In this document: in pieces, positions 23,411 through 37,013 of the stretch
Position numbering within the stretch: position 1 is the stretch's first letter
How the letters are laid out: the number at the start of each line of letters is the position of its first letter
DNA from: Marsupella aquatica
Lineage: Eukaryota > Plantae > Marchantiophyta
Direction: 5' to 3'
Assembly: GCA_973895155.1 (NCBI GenBank)
Contig: OZ316893.1
Location: forward strand, 14,352,645-14,416,644
Length of the DNA: 64,000 bases
Position numbers and translations under genes: made by a program
Notes under the pieces: model-generated
Told to the model about the DNA's origin: nothing
The model's input: only the letters and a program-made list of their open reading frames with translations
The model's database searches: none

Positions 23411-26400
23411 TAGTTATTGGGAATAGAGTGACCTTTGCATAAGTGCACCCCTTACAAGTGCAATCCCTGCTTCGGTTTAGGTTTTAAACGTGAGACACTA
23501 TGCACACAAAAGGAGTGTGGGCCTTATGAGACATAGAAGTTACCAGGCCTTGGAGGATGAGGATGGGTGTTCACCCAGGGGCAGAGAATGAACAGGCTGC
23601 AGGGAAGGCCCCTTTATATGGGCACTTGTGGAGACAGAGAAATCTATCCACAATCCCTCCATAAGTGAATTAGAGGAGTTTTTCCAATGCACTTCAATGA
23701 AATTTAGTATATAGTAACTCTCTAGAAACAGGGCATTATGGGCCATAAAGCATCCCAAAAACAGGGCTTTAGCTTGAGTTTTGATGAGCTATTATTGTTT
23801 GTTAAAGCACTTGTAACAGGGTTTCAAAACACTCAAAAGCCTCAGAGATGTTTTGGTTTTACTACTTTCAGTGCTTGGAGAGTACTGGTTGCAGTAATGC
23901 AAAACTTATGTGCACTACACAGATCCCATGCTGCCTGAGGACCTGTACTCCTGGGGTTGTATAGCACGATCTCAGATTAGTCTCACACTACAAATGAATC
24001 CTACAAGGAAGTTATCCAAAATTGTGCACTCTGGAAACTAGTGGCTCCATGCACTGTCTTCAACCATTGCAGTGATCAAACTTCAGAATTGCAATTGATC
24101 TATTTGTGAACGAATGACCTTTGTATGTGATTTTGAATAAATTTGAAAACCATTCTTTCATTGATCTGGTTCCCCAAAACGTTTTCACACGAATTTTTTT
24201 TCTATGCTGCTTTCTTCATTACCTCCACTGTCTTTTTGTCCAAAAAGATCATGATCATGCCTGGTTAATTAAGCAAGTTTGTGGATAGGTTCTTTCAAAA
24301 GCTTTATGCATAAAATGCACAATAACAGTCAGGACCTTCACTGTGAGGTTTTCATAGACTTTTGTTGTGTTTGTGCAAAGTGTATAAGATTGCATTTACA
24401 ATGTAGTGCAATCCCCATTGAAGTACACTGTAGGCAATCTTTTCGAAGCCTTCTGATGTTGTTTCAGTTATATATAAGTGTAAATGTAGTACTCCCCCCC
24501 ATGAGGGAGGATGAGACCCTTCACCCAATTAGTTTAGGAGTAACGTCATGTCTGTGCTTAGGTGGCTGACTCTGATCTACTCCTCCAAAAGCTGTTAATT
24601 TGGTGATCCTGGGGTGCTTTGGTGTTCACGGTGCCGGGGTGCTTGGTTGATGTGTGTTTTTCTCTGTACCCAGTTGGTTTACACTGTAGAAGTAGTCAAA
24701 GTAGTTCGAGTGCACTGTCGCCATTTCCACACAATTTGCAGTTTTTAATTTTGATAAGTGCAAAGTGTCTAAGATTAAAACATAGTGCAATCCCCACATA
24801 AGTACATTGTCTTCAACCCTCCAGCAATCAAACGTTTTAATTGCAATGTTTCCAAAGCCTTTTGTTGTGCTCCAGTTGTGGACACTTCTTTGAACAAGTG
24901 CCAAGTTTATTGCAAATGGCCTCATGGAAGTGCACCTTGGATATCTGTCGTCCCCAGGAGTTGCAGTTATGCAGAGGTCACTGCAGTCTGGATGTAGCAG
25001 AAGAGATCGATAGAGAGGGGGTGCTAACAGATTGACTGAGCAGCGACTGGAAAATTAAAGATTGGCGTGTATCAGTTGTAAGTGCCAGCTAGCTGAGTGA
25101 TTGCTAGTGAGCCTGTCGTATGGGCAATCCCAGGGGCCAGGGTTTAATCTAGCAATTGATTAGCGCAGCTGGAAGCTCACATATGCAGTCATGTACAAAG
25201 GAGGGAGGCCACTGCAGCAGCAGTAGGAGCAGGAGCAGCTGCACAATTCGGTACGAAGGGCTCGATCGGCTGGTGCAGGCGAGGTTGGTGATCTCTCAGT
25301 CCAGAGCTTTGATAACCAGGACCGTATGGAGTAGTACGCTCTGGATTATTAGTAGGTGGATCGAGGGGCCGGGTTTGTCCGTTGCCACTGTTGTTTTTTT
25401 ACTCGTTTATTAATGATTTTGTATGTCATTCGATCCCATTACATTCCGTCCCAGTCATCACCACATAATTATAGCAGCCTGGGAAAAACTGATGAGGAGT
25501 GAAACTTGTTTATTACAAAGCACATAATTGAATCGGGAGTTGAATCTGATCTCGATTCAGGCAGTTAATATATATAGAAATAGAAAATGAATAGGAAAGA
25601 ATCTTGGCGCAATATAGTTGATGGACATAGAGAAAGCCATGGACGGATAGAGAGAGGAGGGCGGGTCAACGTGGCCGTCCTAGGATTGGGGAGCCTCGGG
25701 CGTGTGCAAATGCGAGTCTCGAAATTGGCTGAGTATTAAATTCCGGTTCGCTTTACGCCTTTAAGGGGGAGCTAGCGATATGGAGGAATACTTTACAGGC
25801 CGTTCTCTCAGGACAACCATCCCACGATGCTCTTTCTTCCGCATGTAGCGGCCGGGCCTCTAGTATTTCGATGGACTGTAAGACCGGTCCTACATGTGCT
25901 CTGCCAATTTAAATTTAGCGACAAAAGGGAATGACAACCTGGGAATACTACACACTCTCGTTCGATCCATTACGCCGGTAGTCCCACTGGACGAGAATGT
26001 CCGAACCAGGCAAACATCGTTTTTTATTAGTGTGGCGTTTCTACCAAGGTGATATAATGATGTAAAGATCGGCTCAATTAATTGATGGTGTCCCCTGCAT
26101 TGCTCACGTTCCTCAATCCCATCGCGTAGAACATGCCAATATTAGACTTCGGAGCTAAATTTGACGTCCAGGCCAGCCTCCTTATCTACCTCGCGCAAAC
26201 AAGGCCAAATTTCAGAATCAAGCTATGAATGTCAAGCCTGGGGACAAATGTTTTTCTTCGTTCCTTTGTCCATGCAGCAGAATTCGCTACTAATAATTGC
26301 TCATTCCAGGTTTCGTCAGCCACGCCGTACCTTGTAGATCCACTCCAAACCACTGTTGAGGCAATTCTCCATTACCAACGAACAATATCTGCGTGATTCT

Positions 26401-28381
26401 CGTTACAACAGAGAGGAACCAATTTGTGCCGCTTGGCATTTAACGAAATTAAGCTGCTAATGACGGCTCCCCAGAATAGATCAACCCAGACTCCGAGTCA
26501 AAGGTTGTATGCTGTTTCAATGAATGGATTTCAATGACATTTTGATGGCGAAAAAATAGACGCCGAGACAAATCGGAAGTTATTACATCCTGGAACTATA
26601 TCATCGTTTTGACTCTCGTCAGAGCTCCATTGATATGATTCGAAATCTGCTGCTAGAATCGGTCACACTGAGGACAGCAAAATCTTGTTCTGTGTCGGTT
26701 CGTTATAATACCATTCACCTACGAAGTTATCCTTCGACGATTTTAGCTCTGCATGTCTCTACTTTGCAATGAGCCTGATGTAAATTTGTTTGTTGGACAT
26801 CTTCTGATCAAGAACTAAATTTGAGAGAATTTATTCTCGAGAAACCGCCAATGCAATGGGATGGTGGGGAACGGCGGCTTCGCTCCTCACTTCCGTCATA
26901 TGATATCATATGTTCGATGCAAGTAATGAGAAGGCGTTGATCAACTTTGGCCTCCACAGACTTCCACGGACCATAGGCCACTGTTCATCTCCAGTCAACA
27001 TTTGGAACTAGCTGGTGATCCAGCAAAACTAACCACACAAGGGTTTAGACATGTAGAAAAAATCCTGAAGTCGACCGAAGCCCGTGGATTGAATTGGCAA
27101 AACTCCTTGACAAACGCTCACCGCTAGAATGCTAATCGACGGAGGAAGTGGTTCCCTGGGAATGCGGTTTGTTACAAGCCCGTCGGCTGCTTAAGTTTGT
27201 TTTGTAGAGTTCATGATCGCAATGTGGGAATAGGTTTTGCCGAGTTGTGTTCCACTATCCAAATACGTTACTGAGGGTGAGTTTATTTAATCGGCTTCCT
27301 ATTGGCGCCAAAATTACACGAGGGATGGATTGCTCTGTTGGTTCTGCTCTTCTGAATCTTACAATTCTCTTACTGGAGAAATGGACCTCCGTATAACAAG
27401 TAATCCATCATATGATGCTCTGCAGACATGAGACAGACTGACAATTCGTCCTATGTCGACATAGGGTGGATTCTCATCAAAAATGAGATTCTCATTCCCA
27501 CGTTGCTCGCAAGATTCCTTAGCGACCCTAAAACTCCTCCACGTGACATTGCTTTCTAGTGGTGTATTAATTGAGAAATAGCACTGAAGAGAAGCGGACT
27601 TGCAGCAAAACTTGAATACAAACAATGGAAAGGCAGGCGACATTGGTGGGCACGTCTAGCTTGAAGCTGATTACGGACAGCGTCAATTGGAGGAAATCGA
27701 CGCACGTACTACCGACCAAGCTTGACTACGGTGATCCTGCTGGTGGGTCCGATGAGGTCTGATGAAAGGCATGACACGGATCTTTCGAAGTAGACTCACC
27801 TGATAAACTGCTTGTGGCACTTAATCTGCTCTGGCCATTGGAAAAAGTCTTTTCTCTCAGTTGGAGATGTGTCTTCGCTTGTGATAAGAGCAATCCCACC
27901 AGTCATGACTAGGTCTAATAAATGGGTGAGTTCAATCGCAGACCTGCTCGTTGGTGGTGGAGTGCACCCGGTCAACATCCCCACCTGATGTGCAAAGTGC
28001 AATATACTGCCATGGATCCTTCACGTCCCACCTGTTCCTCCCATAGAAGTGCCCTGCTGGTGATGTGTTGCATTCATTGATTGAAAGAAAAAAACTAGGA
28101 TTATCACTCTATGCATGGGTGCACATAGAAGTGCACTTCTGTGACAGATCCAATGTTAGATAACCCACCTACCCCTGTTCACTGGCAGGTCTCATCAGGA
28201 GTTAAATTGATGGTTTAGCTGTCTTTGGTCTTGCTTCATCCCCTGGTGTCGCCCCCGGGACTTCTAGATACTGCAAATTCTTCTACCCCCTTGGATGCCG
28301 ACCCTCTTTAGTGTGCCACCCCTATTGAATGCTGGATTTTTGAATGAAATTCAATTGTATTTTCGAGGCAATAAAATATAT

Positions 28382-28869
28382 CAGTTTTACTAACCTGTTC
28401 ACCACACTACCCAATATTACTAAGGTGTCTCCCTAATAAAATTAATTATCAACCAACCCTCCATTTTGTAGTTAACTTAGTAGCTTGTATAGGGTTTCTA
28501 TTGCCACATGGCAGGTTGCTACTGGCTAGCCTTAACCCGCCGCAACCCCCCTTTGGTCCCCCTTCTCCTTCCCCACTGCATTTTCCTGAGTAACAAGGAG
28601 GCACTGTAAAAATGATGTGTTTTCGCCCCTTCCAGACCTGCAATTGTGCCCTGCAACGGGGAAGGGGGCTGAAGGGGGTCACATTGGGTTAAAGCTAGCC
28701 AGTAGTGGTTTGCTACATGACAATGAGAATCTGTATACAAGTTAATATTAAGTTAAATACAACATGGGGTGCGGGTTGCAGGGCCGGTTGATAATTAATT
28801 TTGTTTGGGGGACACTTAAGTAATGTCTAATAGTTTGGGGGGCATTTAATTGATGTTAGTAAAAAACTA
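28382..28869. mobile_element. Foldback element with ~200-bp imperfect TIRs (CAGTTTT...AAAAACT)
   Basis: The left arm (aaaattaattatcaacc, cttgtata, ctactggctagccttaaccc, ccccttc..cttcccc) mirrors the right arm (ggggaagggggctgaagggg, gggttaaagctagccagtag, tatacaag, ggttgataattaatttt). It is inserted in one copy of a ~60-bp direct repeat (28325-28381 / 28906-28965). Confidence 0.8.
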
Positions 28870-30419
28870 TATATATTGCCATAGTTGTCCACCGTGTTTC
28901 TCCTCTTGAATGTTGGATTTTTGAATGAAATTCAATTGGTTTTTTTGAGGCAATAAAATATATTGCAATGGTAGTCTGTTAATTCAACTTGTGTCACTGC
29001 TGGCCAGGTGTCTGCAATGGGTCAATCTGCGCTATCCATTGTGTTTGGTGAGGATGGCCAAGCAACCCTCCGCCCGGGCCTCCAGCATGCCCGAACTCAC
29101 CAGTTTTGGTGAACAAGAATTTACTTATTCCGGGCTGGATGCCAGGGTCTTAATTGTGCAAGGCTTGATGGGGAGATAAAAACTGGTTTTCCACGCTGAT
29201 GATGCTAAAGTGGTCTCCAGCCAGTCATTCTAAATCCACTGCTATTTTGGCTTCCAGCATATGTGACCAACACAAACATCATAGCTATCAAGCTATGTCC
29301 TTTTTCAGGATCTGGGTACTCTCAGCATATGTGGCAAATATAAGCATCAAGATTAAACAAACTAGGGTCCATTTTTCACCAGGCTTTGCCAGACCTAATA
29401 CGATGAAGTCCACTACTATTTTGTCGTCCAGCAGAAACAAGGCATGGAACAGATACATTGGAAACAATTAAAGCTCCTACAGATCACAAGGTTTGACAAG
29501 CTGCTCATATGGACCACCGCAACCCACGTGCACTACTTTGCATTGTTAGCTCTCACTCAGGCAGGACATTTCCTTTTTAAGCGCTCGCTTCTTTTAATGT
29601 CAAATAGTGCCTGGTCTATTGGAGTCCTTAAAATTAAAAATCAATATCAACCACCAAGTAACTTCCATCCATTTTACTTAAGGTGCCCAAATTGACCACA
29701 CCTCAAGGGATCTACGGGGAACCATATACCCCAACCTGTTTAGGGTTCTATGTATCCAAAATTGGGCAGAATGGGAGATGGAGTGTATTGGCAGTACTGG
29801 TAAATAACATTTTGCATCCTTCAACACACATCAAGAATTCCACTCCACATCTTCAAGAGAAAAATGTCTCTTGGCATCTAGGCCTTGCTCTAATTCACAA
29901 CCTCTATGCTGGTGCGACAACTCATTTTCTCAGAAAATGTCTGTAAGCAGATCAGCTCAATAATAACTTTCTCTTTAATTGGACATATCCACAAAGGTTG
30001 TGACTGTTTTTGTGCAATAAGTTTTCCAATAAGAACCTACTGGCACAGTTACTTGCTTAACCATGCATGACCAGTGACTTTTTAGTGACAAAAAGTGGTA
30101 TTGAATGATGAAAGTAGCATGAAATGGAATATTTGCATGAAAACGTTTTTGGAGACCACATGATTGTAAATAACTGTCTCAAACTTCAAAAAAAGAAGCT
30201 CCAAGACATATGAAAGTGATGACTTTACTTTAAGGGGGTCTGTTCAAGTGGAAGTTATAGAATGACTTGAAGCTTTTGAGAGAATTATGAAATATAAGTT
30301 TCCGGCTGTGTGCGTGTCGTTGGGTGTATATTTCACAATTTCTGATCTTGTGAAATATAAGTGAGACAATAATGTAGCCATATAACTCTTGATAATCATG
30401 CAAAACTACTGGTGATTTA

Positions 30420-31405
30420 GAGATATATGCTTGATGGGCCCCCTGGTGAACCTTTTTTACCTGATGGGCCCCTAACTTTTTTTACCAAGTAGGACCCCTC
30501 TTAATGACCAGTACACCTGTTCTTGTGTGGTGCCTACACCTGTCCTTGTGTGGTGCCTATTATGTATGGTGACTCCAAGCAAACTGCACAGTTGAACTGT
30601 GCGGTCAACCTTGCATGGTCGACCGAAAACCACGGAGATGATTCGGGAGAAATCGCGAAAAGCGACTGCTGCTGTCAAAATTGCGATTTGAAGACAATAT
30701 GCATTATGTCTTCGGATTCACTGGGTTAATGCCTGAAGACACAATGGATTATGTCTTCGGGTTCAAATTTTTACCGTATCGTGGGGTAGTTATTAGATAT
30801 GTTTTTCACGTTGCGCACATGGGTTTTTCATGATGTTTTCATGCACGACTGTCAGCGTCAGTGTGGGGTACCTCCAAATGTCCACAAAGAATATTCAAGT
30901 TCAATGTTCAGAATTTGCCTACTGCCGCCACAACAAAAATTGGCAAATGATTGACAATTTCGCTCAAAAAATGGTAATACTCCCTGTGCAATGCATACAA
31001 ACAATTTCAAAAGAAGACAGACCCAAAGATGTCGGGGTACACCCTAAACCCTAAACCTTGAAACACGGGAAGACATAATCCATTGAGTCTTCAGGCATTA
31101 ACCCATTGAATCCTAAGACATAATGCATATTGTCTTCAAATCATAGTTTTGTCAGCGGCAATCGCTTTTCGCGGTTTTTCCCAAATTATCTCCGTGGTTT
31201 CTCGGTCGCTCGACCATGCAAGGTTGACCGCACGGTTCAACTGTGCAGGTCACCATACATAGTAGGCGCCACACAAGGACAGGTGTAGGCACCACACAAG
31301 AACAAGTGTACTGGTCATTAAGAGGGGTCCTACTTGATAAAAAAAGTTACCTAGGGGCCCATAAGGTAAGAAAGGTTCAGGAGAGAGCCATCAAGCATAT
31401 ATCTA
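30420..31405. mobile_element. Non-autonomous Mutator-like (MULE) foldback element, ~340-bp TIRs, perfect 9-bp TSD GGTGATTTA
   Basis: GGTGATTTA(30411-19)|gagatatatgcttgatgg ... ccatcaagcatatatcta|GGTGATTTA(31406-14). Arms 30420-30765 and 31055-31405 are highly similar inverted copies. Confidence 0.92.
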
Positions 31406-34400
31406 GGTGATTTAAGTAAAACAAACAATAGTATCTTGCACTAAACAAGATCTTGGAGGTAAGAAAGTTACACGAGATGTTTGTCATTCCGATGGGAAGA
31501 GCTTTTGATTTTTCTGACAGGCTGATAAACAACCCAACTGTAATACACACGTCATTGAGAAAATCTAGTTCAGGTCAGGGAATTAATTAGCAACTCTTTA
31601 TTAGCTGGATTGGGAATGGTGCAAGTTTCTGTCTCTATCGTTGTTGAGGCCCAAGCACCACCTTGCCACTGTTGGTATGGAAGTCTCCATGAAGCTGCAC
31701 GGAACACCTAAGCCAGATTGCACTTACTCGTGCCGGTATGGTCTCATCAATCATAAGAGCACTTTTCGCCGTTACTGAAATGAACTGCGGAGTGCGGAAC
31801 TTTGTTCTGATTATTAACTGTATTATTAATATCTTGTTGCACAGCGCTGCGGAAAGGGCAACTACGATAAATAACACCGTTCTCCGGTGATGGAAGGGTT
31901 GATTACCGCAATAGGTTTCTGACAGATTCCTCTCTGCGGTCAATGTGACTAATCGACGACAATTCACATTATAAAACATCTATACTACTTCAGCCGGTTT
32001 ATTATTTTATTGATAATTTCCGCGTGATTGATACAGGACTGGACGTAGGTTTGTGCCAAAAACCAGCGTAAAATAATGCTGTTCACTATTGTTTTGAAGT
32101 CTCTCTTCACCGACCGCGAGGTGAATGGTCAATTTTCGTGTTGAAAGCTCGTCATTAGTGTACAGTGGCACTGCAGCAGCCTTTGGTTTGTCGCGTAGTC
32201 TTCAATCGTTCTTTGGTCGTCAGTTTTCAATCTTTATCACGTCTGGCCGCAAGCTTCCAGCATTTCTAGTCAATCTGATTTGTAGTTCTCTGCCTTTATC
32301 ACGTTACGTAAATTATGGAGGGAATTTGGGTTTGTGCAATTGTGCCGTAGCTCGATGCCTTCAGGGTTATGGTTTTCGCGGTGACATTATATCCAGAGTA
32401 TTAATGCGAGGCTAGAAATCCATAACTACGCTCGAAACAGCGAATTCATGGTGTTTAATTGTATATTGCTCTTCTGCAGTTTCAATCCCTTATTCAATTT
32501 TGGGGCGTTCCCAACTTCCCACCATTTCATCCATAAAATCCACTTCGCTGCACGTCATTATTCATCATCGCCGTCCCATCGCTTCATATTTCCTCCCCGT
32601 TTGACACTTTCGACTCCCAGTCTCACGCCAGATTTCATGCAAACACCGCATTTATGTTGGCTGAGCTGAACACTTGACTTAATGTTTTTCTCATCAAACT
32701 ATCAGAGTGGGAGCCTGATTAAATAGGACTGGCGTTTATTCATTATTTTGAAGATTCTCATCAATCTCGAGCCCATCAATAAAAAATGCGGAAGATAATT
32801 ACTTGCCAAGTAGAGAGGAAGCTCTTTCGAAACCGTAACGAGATGTAACAAGGCTCTGGCCGTCGATCCTGTCTCCATTAAGTGCCCGCTGGATGTACGA
32901 TGCAGGCAAGGTTTGTTGGTACCCGCTATACGTGTTCCGGGTGAACGGCCATCAATGTGTGAGTTGCCAATGTCCTCTTCGATTTCCTCATCGTCAAGGC
33001 CATGTTCGTTTTTAGTTTTGGGTTCTATAGCGTGAAATGCGGATTAACAAACTGAAATTTGGTGTTGCAAGTCATCAACGTTCCAATTTTCCCCGAGTTT
33101 AGAAACAGGCTCGTTTGCTTTACCTAGTAGTAAATTGTTGAGGTGATCAACTGATCGAGGCAACAGAATTACAGAAATCTAGTCAATGGTGGACTGTACC
33201 GGCACTATTATGCCATTACAGCGCGCCCACCGGGGCGCCCACTTCATACAGCAGTCCTCACAAATGCAAGAACTCTCTGGGTAGTCAAAATGATCAATGA
33301 AGGAAGATTCTAGTCAACAGTCTGCCTTTCACTTCACATGAGAGATGATGAACGTGAAGGAGGTTTATTTCTGAGTAATAAGTAGTTCATGGAGAGCTTC
33401 AGTCCCTGTCTCGTTAGGAGTAAGTGGGCAGTGCACGGTGCTGGAATTATTGTGGATACCCTCCCAGAGACTTAGTCCTTCGGTCGCTCTTGAGGATTGC
33501 CGGATTGATAACTAGATTCACTCCCCAAATTGCCCCAAATTAAGTCACTTCAAGGCTTATACAGTTTCTATTCAAATTGGTTTCCCTCATAGAGCTAAGT
33601 GGCAGGTAATGACTTCGGTTGATGGATGCAGGGTGCAAAAGGAAAGTTTTTTTATGGGGCCATTAGTTTTAATTTCAATGGGTGGAGATGCACAAAGGAT
33701 ACCATCTGTTGTGTTCTAGTCCCTGTGCTTATAACAGGTCTCTTGCGTTACAGGAATTATTACCAGGTTGGTTACCCCCTTAACATCATAGCACTATCCA
33801 GATGACATTATGCTGTCTCGTGCCCACAACTAGATCACCTTGCTTATGTTTTACTGCTTGACAAATTCTACTTGCTTCTGCTAGTGCTCGCTGACTTAGG
33901 ATCGAGTCGAGCAAAATCCTTTCACTCATGTTCTACTGCTCATTCATTCGCGTTGTCCTGCTGTGTGCATGATCAAATGGGAGTGAGTGATCCATTATAA
34001 ACTTTCAAGGAACTTAAGCACTTAGGAGGCAAGAACACTAACAAGCTAGCCATGCACATGCAAGGAAGCTTATGACAAAATAAGAAACAATCCTTAGACA
34101 ATTAGGCAGTTGTGCTCTAAGAGGATCCAGACCAAGCCCACCCAATTTTTTTTGCGAGTTTAAGGGTGTAGAGGCAACACAGTCATATTTGTAGGTTGAT
34201 GATGTTCAACAGGAACCAATTGGTACCTATATGGTTTTTGATCTGGTGTCTGGTATTTTCATGGAGTATATACCACTAAGTTTCTAGCAACAACGTCAAG
34301 CTAGCATAACTAATTGTCAGAAAAGGTGCCAAAAAGAAAATGCCCAGACATATAACAGCAGCTATTGATGGCCCACTTAGTTTTACCCTGTAGTATGAGT

Positions 34401-36865
34401 GGAAGCAGGAGTGCAAGTTCCAATGACTTGATTACTTTGAAGTTGACAAAGCACATTTGCATATTTTACAAGGGCAGGCCCAAACTTTGTTGAGGAAATT
34501 GGGAGACCAATTGTCTTTCAGAACCCATCTCTCTTAAGTACTGCTTAATTTTGTGGACCCATCCCTACAACTGCTTCAAGGCCAAGAAGACAAGGCACAT
34601 TTTTAGACAATCCAAGCCCAGAGAGGTAGAAAGTCGACCTGAATACAGCCAAACCCCATACCATACTATTACCCTTTTGTAAAAAGTGAGACCAAGTGTT
34701 AGTCTCCAGGCTGGTCTAGCATTCTGAGGTGCTCATTGGCATTACTCTGGTTGGAAGCCAAACGCAAGGGGACAAGATAGATCCTGGGGGCAGGTCCCCC
34801 AATAAGCAAAAATGAGGAGTCTCGTGCCTGAGAATGGAGGCCTTCTTCTTTGAAGAAAAAACTCTATCCTTTCATCAATAGAAAAACTATGGCCAAAACT
34901 CAAATATACTGCCCAGAGCACACTATAACAATGGTATTTCCCGGGCTTAGTATTCTGATACAGGGCCCAGACCTTGTTCTGGTGGAAGATGTGTGTGGCT
35001 TTGCAGGGCCTCATGTCTGACTAGTTGGATCTTGTAATTTTCCAGTTTTCCGACCCTCCTGGTGTGAGCCCGTTTGTTCTTGTTTCTTGGGTGGCTAAGT
35101 AAAATAAAAATAAAAATACACTCAAATACGCCATCATCCTGGGGTGGAGATGTGGAGACCTTGAAGTACAACCGCATTAAACCCCTAAATCCCTCAAGAC
35201 TCATATGGGAGATGATGCGGAGGCATCCAAACTTTCTACTTTTCTTTTCTCTTTAGGCAATGAAGTGTCCAACTCTAGAGAACTCAACAAATACCAATGC
35301 CCCATGCACCAGATCTTCCCCACTCCCAAAGAAAGAGAGGGGCATGGATTGAGGGGCGGTGGCACTTGACACTAACTTAAGTGCTTGAATGCTGTACTAC
35401 ACTCCGACCTGCTGGTTGTACTACGAGTGAAGAGACAGAATGACAAACAAATCTACTGTATCAGATTAATTAAAGTAGAGGAGTAGACCGTCATGGACGG
35501 GTTATGACAAACGATGGGGTTATGACAAACGATGGACCCCACATGAAAGCTCATTAAAAGGAGTTCAAATAACTTAATAACCCCAATCAAATGCTACTTG
35601 TGACCGGACCTAGGTAGGCCATAGGTGTTATCTCATGGGGGTCGAGAACAGGGTTTGAGGGATCGCTAATAAAGCTCCCAGAGGTCGTAACAAAAATTAA
35701 TGAGATGCAGCAGGGTGCAGGGCTCAAGAAGATCTACTGGTACTTTTACACGATGTGCTGCGTTTCTATTTGCATGCGAAACTGTTCGTAACAGTTGTTA
35801 GAGTCCCTACAGTTCTTGTTTTTCTTAGCCTCTTCTGAGGCCCCCCAGTCCTCATGTGAAACCAACTTGCTTTCTATTAATAAGTGCTATTAGGTGGTAA
35901 AACGCAATAATGAGAGTCACCGGCGTAGGCTATCCCTAGCGCTAGCTGTGAGTTGGCCAACATTGATGGGACTGGTCTGCTTGCCTTCGGAGCCTCATCA
36001 AAGGACTCATTCTATATTTCTGTAGACAGGGCCTAAGCTTCGATAGCCTCGTGTGTGATAGGCATCGTATGTGAGACTCATCCTGGCAAGTGGTGGTGGT
36101 ACTGCCCCGACTTCACGCAAGTCACTCCTGACTTCAAATATGGCCATTCACATGTATCCAGTGTACTTCCACGGAAATTGTACAGGCTTACCATCAGCCT
36201 GTGACAAAATCTTCACAGCGAAATACAGTTCTGCATTGCATCAGATTCAAGCCCATTCCAGTATGACTATATTGAAAGGTCCATAAAAGTCTCCTTGCAA
36301 AGTTGAGGACTGAGGAGTCAACTGTAGTAAAATGAGGATCTAATCCTTTCTTAATTCATACTACCGATCGAAGTCGTACATTGCCACTTTACCGGGATTC
36401 TGAGTGGACTCGTGTGAAATATTAGTCCTTTCTTTATCTTGCAAAGTCAGCATGTGCCTCGATCCTCAGATCTTAGAATCTGGCTGTCAACACTGGCTTC
36501 CTTCATTTCTGGACAAAATTGGGGGGCTGCCCAACGAACCCGTCAGTCTGCTCGGCCATCAAGCTCTGAGCATAGAAGATTGGCTCCTTTGTCCTGAGCT
36601 CGTTCAAATTTCTGCAAACTCACTGAGTTGTACAGTAAGTTCTCTGTTGCGGCCTTGAAAACCCACTTTGAATGCCATCCAGGGTAGCCCCCTAGTACTA
36701 CAGTTCCTGTCTGCTTAGTTTCGACTTCCGATACGGTAGCCGAGATCCAACAATCTTACAATCAGGTCTACAGAATGCCTGGATGCCCTTGCAGACCGAG
36801 AGAAACCTGGACGACAGGAGCTTTCTGCAAGAACTCATGTGACCACTTTGAGGTCCTGTCGGAGC

Positions 36866-37013
36866 TCATCTCGATGAATTGTATTACTTTACAGCGAGAC
36901 CCTGAAAATCTTGCTCCATCTCAATGAATTCTATTATGCTACAGTGAGAACCTGAGAACCTGAGAACCTTGTGTGAATTCAATGAATTGCATTCCGCTAC
37001 AGTGAGAACCTGA
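36866..37013. repeat. Short degenerate tandem repeat, ~3 copies of ~50 bp
   Basis: tc(g/a)atgaatt...tacag(c/t)gaga.cctga repeated. Confidence 0.7.

Noticed and set aside
34380-35230. Possible LINE ORF1 zinc-knuckle remnant (PYNCFKAKKTRH); also LINE-like scraps at ~51550-51850 and ~62680-62960
   Set aside because: Too degenerate to support by eye; a profile search is needed.
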